Virus record (IMG/VR): IMGVR_UViG_3300021400_001623
Coordinates: 1-64,000 of that record
From: a virus
Lineage: Duplodnaviria; Caudoviricetes
DNA: 64,000 nt
Direction: 5' to 3' (one strand)
Positions within the stretch are counted from its first letter, which is position 1. Each line of letters begins with the position of its first letter. Below, piece after piece: positions 58,188 to 64,000 of the stretch. Below the pieces are notes generated by a model that worked only from the letters and a program-made list of their open reading frames with translations, had not been told where the DNA came from and did no database searches. The translations under genes were made by a program, and so were the position numbers.

Positions 58188-59942
58188 ATGAGTTTACAGG
58201 TTTGGTTGCCTCTAACGGGCAATCTGCATAATCAGGGGTTAAGTGATGCCACTATAATAAACGGTGATATAACTGCAAATGATAATGGTAAAATCGGCAA
58301 ATGTGTCAAGACTGGGAATTCGGCAATTGATTTACGATATGATGGGGCTACCACTAATACTGAAAGCCTATCAATTGGCGGTTGGTTTAAATTTAATCAG
58401 AGTGAAATTGCAACAAGATTACAATCTGCTACTATTAATGAAATCGGACATTCTCCCGTAGGAAACTTAATAGGTAATAATAGTTATGGTGGCATTGGGT
58501 TAATCTGGGAAACCAATAACATGTATCAAGATGGTACATTAAATGAACTTCATGTTTTTGGCAATATGAGATCTTCTACGCTCGGATATAGAAGTACTGG
58601 CACATATTCTATCAATTTTGATCAATGGACACATATATTTTTAATATTCGATAAGTCATTAAATACCGAAACCTTATATGTAAATGGTGTTGTGATATCT
58701 CAAGTCACATCATTAGCGAGTTTTTCAGATATGCCTACAAGAAATGTGCAAATTAATGCCGCTTTAGTATGTGGTGGCAATGGGCCAGGCGTCAATATAC
58801 CTTTTTATTGTAACGACGTACGGCTATATAACCACGCTTTAACGGAAAAAGAGGTCAAAGATATTAGCCGTGGATTAGTCTTGCACTATCCATTAAGTAA
58901 TAATGGGTTTGGTAATGAGAATTTAATATTAAATTCTGATGTAGAAAAAAATACACGAGCTGGTATTGTGCAATGGGATTTATCAGATAGTGCGAAAGCA
59001 GATATTAAAGGTAAAAGTTATACAATTTCAGCTGATATCAAGAGTACCGAAGATAACTCTGTCATAGATTGTTATGTGCGCTCACCATCTACATCGCAAA
59101 GTATGTCTACAAGTACCATTTTTCGTAATATTACTACTGAATATAAACGATACTCTTTACAATCTATTTGTAACGTAGCTCAGTCAGGTACTCCAGAGAC
59201 ATTTTGTTTTCGTGCTAACGGTTCAAATGGTACTACATCAAGCGCACTCTTTACTATTAAGAATTTAAAGCTCGAATATTCTGATGAGGCTACTGCTTGG
59301 TGCCCTAATCCAAATGATTCAATTAAAGCCGGATATAATGATGATATTATTCGTGATATTAGTGGTTTTGGAAATGACGGTATTGTAACTGGTGTCCTAA
59401 ATATACTAAGTGATACGCCGAGATACAAGGTATCAACTTACTTTGACGGATCGAGTTATGCATTAACTGATGCCAGTTCTTTCTCGTGGTTCAACTTTGA
59501 TCAATGTACCTTATCTATATGGATGAATCCTACTACAACACCATCCTCATGGGCGGGTACATTTGGAATAGCACATGATAATTCATCTGGTAATAAATCA
59601 TTTGTTATCGGTAATTATGGTGGAAAATTTACAGTACAAAGCGCTAATGGTGGTTGGGTAAATATTCAATCTTCTGATTTACCGATAAATGAATGGCATC
59701 ATTGTGTAGCGACGCTTGACGGTGCAACTATTAAAATGTATTTTGATGGAGAACTCGTTAAGACATATACTACAAATTGGGGAACCACTACGGTAGCTTC
59801 AGATACAAGAATTCAAGTAGGAATTGACTTACCGGGTTCAAATGAAATTTACCAAGGTTATTATTCTGATGCACGTATTTATGTAACCGCCCTCTCTGCC
59901 GCAGATATTGTCGAACTGTATGAAATGGGGGTGAGCGCATAA
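58188..59942 (+). CDS. LamG (ConA-like) / carbohydrate-binding tail protein
   Basis: Two LamG-like blocks (QWTHIFL...LYVNG; WHHCVATLDG...YFDG; SDARIY) flanking a CBM-like block. Confidence 0.8.
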   Translation: MSLQVWLPLTGNLHNQGLSDATIINGDITANDNGKIGKCVKTGNSAIDLRYDGATTNTESLSIGGWFKFNQSEIATRLQSATINEIGHSPVGNLIGNNSYGGIGLIWETNNMYQDGTLNELHVFGNMRSSTLGYRSTGTYSINFDQWTHIFLIFDKSLNTETLYVNGVVISQVTSLASFSDMPTRNVQINAALVCGGNGPGVNIPFYCNDVRLYNHALTEKEVKDISRGLVLHYPLSNNGFGNENLILNSDVEKNTRAGIVQWDLSDSAKADIKGKSYTISADIKSTEDNSVIDCYVRSPSTSQSMSTSTIFRNITTEYKRYSLQSICNVAQSGTPETFCFRANGSNGTTSSALFTIKNLKLEYSDEATAWCPNPNDSIKAGYNDDIIRDISGFGNDGIVTGVLNILSDTPRYKVSTYFDGSSYALTDASSFSWFNFDQCTLSIWMNPTTTPSSWAGTFGIAHDNSSGNKSFVIGNYGGKFTVQSANGGWVNIQSSDLPINEWHHCVATLDGATIKMYFDGELVKTYTTNWGTTTVASDTRIQVGIDLPGSNEIYQGYYSDARIYVTALSAADIVELYEMGVSA

Positions 59943-61819
59943 TGGCATTGCAAGTTTGGTTACCGCTTAACGGTGATTTTACCAATAATGGATTAGATCA
60001 GAGTGGTCAGTTTACAACATCCCATACTTGGCAACCTATCGGTAAGATTGGCTCAAAATCATTTGATTGCAACACAATCACTAATGGTGCTCATTTTGAA
60101 TCGTTGCAAGGGCTTACCTCTTTTACTGTCGCATATTGGTTATATATAGATTCCTCAATTACTGATTTTACCGCATGGAGTGATATGTGGCAGATACAGA
60201 TTACTAATCGTACTGGTACATATGTGTTTAGAGACGAGTTGCGTGCTGTTGCCAATCCTGGTCGCCACAACATTCACTATGTTAAAGAAACAGATGTAGG
60301 ATCGAATACTAACACCTATTACGGTACAGCTGAGCGTGATGATGCGAAAGACAACTGGGTTCATTGTGTAATAACTAAAGATCCAGACTATCTGAAAATA
60401 TATTTTGATGGGGTTAAATTTGGCCAGTGGCCATGTACTAATTTTGAAACGCAGCCGTCACGGATAAATGGGAATGTATATCTTGGCAATAATGGGTGTA
60501 AAAGTGGACGGTTAAATGATTTTAGAATTTATGATGAGGTTCTCGATCCATTTGAAATCAAGCGGATTAGTCAGGGATTAGTTGTTCATTATCCGCTTAA
60601 TAATAATGGTTTCGGAAATGAAAATCTCGCCATTAACACACAAGAAATGACTACAATTAGTAATAAATGTACTTGGGGAATTGGTTCTACCTGCACGATC
60701 TCTGATGGTGTAGCCACTTTAACCGGTGATGGAGCGTGGCGAGATGTTAATGTACATAATGGCTTAAAACTAGCGGATTATAAAGGTAAAACAATTACTG
60801 TAAGCGCCGATATTAAAGCTGTTTCATCTGGTGCGGCATATCGACCAATAATTGAATTTCGTACGAATAACAGCCCTTATTCTACATCGAGAGTATATAG
60901 ATATAAGACAGTAGCGCTAATATGTGTCGACAGTGGCAATATACCAACTGTGTCTTGGCAAAGATTTTACTGCTCCTTAACATTTAATACTGGAGTTTTT
61001 ACAAGTTACGATAATGAAAGCATGAACGTGGAACCTGATTGGGAAAATGGTTATTGGGGTGTGCATGTATATAATCATGGTAGTGTGAGCTATCAAGTGC
61101 GAAATATCAAGGTTGAAGTGGGCTCAAGTCCAACGTCCTATGCACCGTCACCATTAGATTATGGAGATTCCGATATGGAATATGACGTAAGCGGATATAA
61201 CCGTAATTTGACGAGAATTAATAATCCAACAATCGTTGCCGACTCTCCTCGTTATTTGTCATCTACTCAATTTAATGGATCAAATCAATATATCCATTCC
61301 ACTACTGTACGCACTGGTATTTCCGGCGATTGCGAACTTACAATGTCGGCATGGATTTACTGGGATTTAGATTCATGGCGCGCAGATTATGTTGGTATAT
61401 TTGGCTGTGTTTCAATGAGTACCAATCGGAGCGCATGGATGCTAATTAATAATGGCAGACCAGATTTTGATACGTGGAACCAACGATATATGGCTACTAA
61501 TGCAATTAGTGTAAAAACGTGGCATCATATTGCTTTAGTTAAACAACCAGGGGCATTATCCACAACTACTACAATATATGTTGATGGTAAACCTGTCGCT
61601 GGTTCTGGAACGACCACTGACGCACCTGATTATATTGACGGTGGAATAAGAATAGGTTGTCCAAATATAACGGCGAATAGGCACTTCCCCGGTAAAATTT
61701 CAGATGTCCGTATTTACGCTACTGCCCTATCCGCCGACGACGTTAAAGCATTATATGAAGACTCCGCATACATCGCAACAGACGGAACAGCGTATGCGTA
61801 TGAGTTTGTGGAGGAATAG
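59942..61819 (+). CDS. LamG / carbohydrate-binding tail protein, paralog of previous gene
   Basis: Same architecture: MALQVWLPL, NDFRIYD, GLVVHYPL, NIKVEVG, WHHIALV, SDVRIY. Confidence 0.8.
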   Translation: MALQVWLPLNGDFTNNGLDQSGQFTTSHTWQPIGKIGSKSFDCNTITNGAHFESLQGLTSFTVAYWLYIDSSITDFTAWSDMWQIQITNRTGTYVFRDELRAVANPGRHNIHYVKETDVGSNTNTYYGTAERDDAKDNWVHCVITKDPDYLKIYFDGVKFGQWPCTNFETQPSRINGNVYLGNNGCKSGRLNDFRIYDEVLDPFEIKRISQGLVVHYPLNNNGFGNENLAINTQEMTTISNKCTWGIGSTCTISDGVATLTGDGAWRDVNVHNGLKLADYKGKTITVSADIKAVSSGAAYRPIIEFRTNNSPYSTSRVYRYKTVALICVDSGNIPTVSWQRFYCSLTFNTGVFTSYDNESMNVEPDWENGYWGVHVYNHGSVSYQVRNIKVEVGSSPTSYAPSPLDYGDSDMEYDVSGYNRNLTRINNPTIVADSPRYLSSTQFNGSNQYIHSTTVRTGISGDCELTMSAWIYWDLDSWRADYVGIFGCVSMSTNRSAWMLINNGRPDFDTWNQRYMATNAISVKTWHHIALVKQPGALSTTTTIYVDGKPVAGSGTTTDAPDYIDGGIRIGCPNITANRHFPGKISDVRIYATALSADDVKALYEDSAYIATDGTAYAYEFVEE

Positions 61820-61824
61820 AGAAA

Positions 61825-63102
61825 ATGAGTGATAGAACAAACTTAATCTATAATGGCGACTTTTCGAAGGGTGTGGCGACTTGGACCACTACTGCTGGGG
61901 CAAGCAATATATCCGCATCGAATGGTGTATTAACTGTGAATACTGGTGATATGTACCAGTCGGACAAAACATATATGTTTCCTGTAGCATCTGGTCGCAC
62001 ATACAAGATTACTTTTGATTTAAAGATCAATACAAAAGATACACATCCGTGGTATATCGCACTACGTCCATATGATGCTGCAAAAAATGCAATTTCTCGT
62101 TCAAGCGTATACAAACCTGTTAGTGCTACAGGTTGTGATACAACATTGGCCGCGGAATTAAAAAATGGAGACACTACTGTTACATTAACTAACGCATCTT
62201 CGTGGCCAACATCGCGTACAAATCAACTTATAGGCATATGCAATAGACTTGCATGGGGTTATAATCGTGCCTACGCATGGCAACCATATGCATCAAAAAG
62301 TGGCAATGTATTAACTCTTAAATCGGCATGGAATCAGGGCACGTTTGCTGCTGGTACAAAAGTATCAGAATTTGAATATGGTTCAACATATGATTATCCG
62401 CTAATTATAAGCAACGCAAATTTACCAACAGAGTGGACGACATATGAATGTACGTTTGATACTTCTAATTTAATGTATTCGTGCAAATATGTACAATTTG
62501 GTACATTGGGTTATTCTATGAATTACTCCATGCGCAACATCCGCATCGAATGTATCGATGAGATTCAGCTTAGCCATTGGGAAGATGATTCACCAGAGTT
62601 GACGAAACAAGGAGTATTAACATCACCCGAATTTAATGATATTGGAATGCCAATACGATATGTGCGAGATACAACTGAGGGGTCAACAGCCAATGGCAGC
62701 AATCATTGGAATGAAATTGAGATTTATAATTATGTTGGTGAGAATATTGCTTTTGGGAAAACAATAGTTGGCTCCAATGGAACTACATATTCTAACAGCG
62801 TTGCTACTGATGGTGTTATTAATAATAAATATATCGATCTAAGCGCAGGTACTAAAACAGTTACGCTTGACCTCGGCTATATAGAAAATATCCATAAAAT
62901 TAAGATTTGGCATTACTACCCCGATGGACGTACTTACTACAATAACGTGACAGAGGTGTCATCGGATGGCACAAACTGGATCACTGTTTATAAAGGCCAG
63001 AAGCCAGAAACGGCCGCTGGTAATGAAATTATATTAACCTCTCCAACTGCACAAATGCAGAAGAATGGTGAGGTTTTTTGTAATAATATTATCGAGTTAT
63101 AA
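61825..63102 (+). CDS. Carbohydrate-binding tail accessory protein (CBM-like plus discoidin/F5-8-like)
   Basis: NLIYNGDFSKG N-term; NHWNEIE, VTLDLG, EVSSDGTNWITV C-term. Confidence 0.7.
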   Translation: MSDRTNLIYNGDFSKGVATWTTTAGASNISASNGVLTVNTGDMYQSDKTYMFPVASGRTYKITFDLKINTKDTHPWYIALRPYDAAKNAISRSSVYKPVSATGCDTTLAAELKNGDTTVTLTNASSWPTSRTNQLIGICNRLAWGYNRAYAWQPYASKSGNVLTLKSAWNQGTFAAGTKVSEFEYGSTYDYPLIISNANLPTEWTTYECTFDTSNLMYSCKYVQFGTLGYSMNYSMRNIRIECIDEIQLSHWEDDSPELTKQGVLTSPEFNDIGMPIRYVRDTTEGSTANGSNHWNEIEIYNYVGENIAFGKTIVGSNGTTYSNSVATDGVINNKYIDLSAGTKTVTLDLGYIENIHKIKIWHYYPDGRTYYNNVTEVSSDGTNWITVYKGQKPETAAGNEIILTSPTAQMQKNGEVFCNNIIEL

Positions 63103-63111
63103 GGAGAAGAA

Positions 63112-63987
63112 ATGTCTTTAATTGTAAAAATTAATTCAACAACAGAGTTGCCGCTCGTGGAGTGGGATGCCGTGGCATTCGTCTCTACTCCGCGCTTAAA
63201 GATCGCTTCTGATGATCTGGCAACCGTTAAAACAACATTCAGCGAGATTAATAAGTTGGAAATTTTTAAAGATGACAATCTCGTTGGTATTGCAACAGAA
63301 TACGACAAGTATTCGTCGATTCAGTATCTTGGCACAGTATTCAGTCCGGCAATGAATACATTTGTAGAATGTTTACAGGTAGATCTACAAAAGACCAGTC
63401 TTGCAGAACAAGTGGAGAGATTAACAGCTGAAATCTTTCCTGTGACAGATTTTGATCATATGACAACCGAGGAATATAGGACGTGGCTCCTCAATAAGAT
63501 TGCCGAAGATTGTCAAAACGATGTGTATGCTGGCACCAGCGTGCAGATTTCGACTGGCGTAAAGCATTTTAGATATACCATGGAAGACCAACAGAATCTA
63601 GGCAGCATCGTTGCTCTACTGATGAGCGTGCCGGAACTCCCTGCTATGCCCTATCATGCGGATGGCGAATTTTGTTACTTAATGCCAAAAGCTGATATTT
63701 TATTAGTATATTTGACACTACACATGAGACTGCTAGCAATTACTACGCGGTGCAACCATATGAATATGTGGATCAAGAGTATTCAGACTAAGGAAGAATT
63801 GATGAATATTGATTACTCTACCCCACTTCCTCAAGAATATCAGGATCAGGTCGATGCTATCATGGCACGGGCTATTGAGATGGAAGAATTACTGATTGCA
63901 CATTACCTGCCAGTACGTGCAGAATCTGGTACGACTGAGCCGGAAGAAGAACCGGAGGTAGTTCCGGATGAAGGCGGCGCTGAGTAG
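63112..63987 (+). CDS. Tail-fibre-associated protein (DUF4376-like chaperone candidate)
   Basis: HFRYTMEDQQNL, PYHADGEFC motifs typical of fibre-assembly-like proteins; terminal position in tail module. Confidence 0.55.
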   Translation: MSLIVKINSTTELPLVEWDAVAFVSTPRLKIASDDLATVKTTFSEINKLEIFKDDNLVGIATEYDKYSSIQYLGTVFSPAMNTFVECLQVDLQKTSLAEQVERLTAEIFPVTDFDHMTTEEYRTWLLNKIAEDCQNDVYAGTSVQISTGVKHFRYTMEDQQNLGSIVALLMSVPELPAMPYHADGEFCYLMPKADILLVYLTLHMRLLAITTRCNHMNMWIKSIQTKEELMNIDYSTPLPQEYQDQVDAIMARAIEMEELLIAHYLPVRAESGTTEPEEEPEVVPDEGGAE

Positions 63988-64000
63988 GCTGCTTCAAGTA

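Noticed and set aside
47682-63987. Diversity-generating retroelement acting on tail genes
   Set aside because: No reverse transcriptase and no template/variable repeat pair differing at adenines was seen in this window; one could lie outside it.

Overview
A continuous segment of a large SPbeta/c-st-like siphophage (phage or prophage), most likely of a Clostridia-type Bacillota host (inference from gene order and Shine-Dalgarno style); no host genes were recognised. Left arm (1-7340): two minus-strand genes including a sigma-factor-like protein, a small tyrosine recombinase, and a plasmid-type origin layout (hairpin clusters, AT-rich palindrome, five phased 19-bp iterons, Rep-like gene). Next come a YonO-like single-subunit RNA polymerase, a tRNA-Met(CAT) and an SPbeta-ordered morphogenesis module: phosphoesterase, HU, terminase, portal, scaffold/protease, capsid, neck, major tail, RusA, recombinase, ClpP-like, beta-CASP nuclease, tape measure, Dit, 3479-aa tail fibre and LamG/CBM proteins. 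The ORF track fragments two essential genes because four group I introns are present: one in the RNAP gene (9412-10480, GIY-YIG endonuclease) and three in the tape-measure gene (35670-36733 with GIY-YIG; 37196-37544 ORF-less with a C-G 5' splice pair; 37862-39009). Predicted splicing restores a ~907-aa RNAP and a 3760-aa tape measure protein. The most unusual feature is tape-measure intron 3, which appears to carry a complete antisense transcription unit (promoter, RBS, Zn-ribbon/glycine-zipper gene, terminator) looped out by a long-range helix. All splice sites were inferred by eye from base pairing and reading-frame restoration and need RT-PCR or RNA-seq confirmation.
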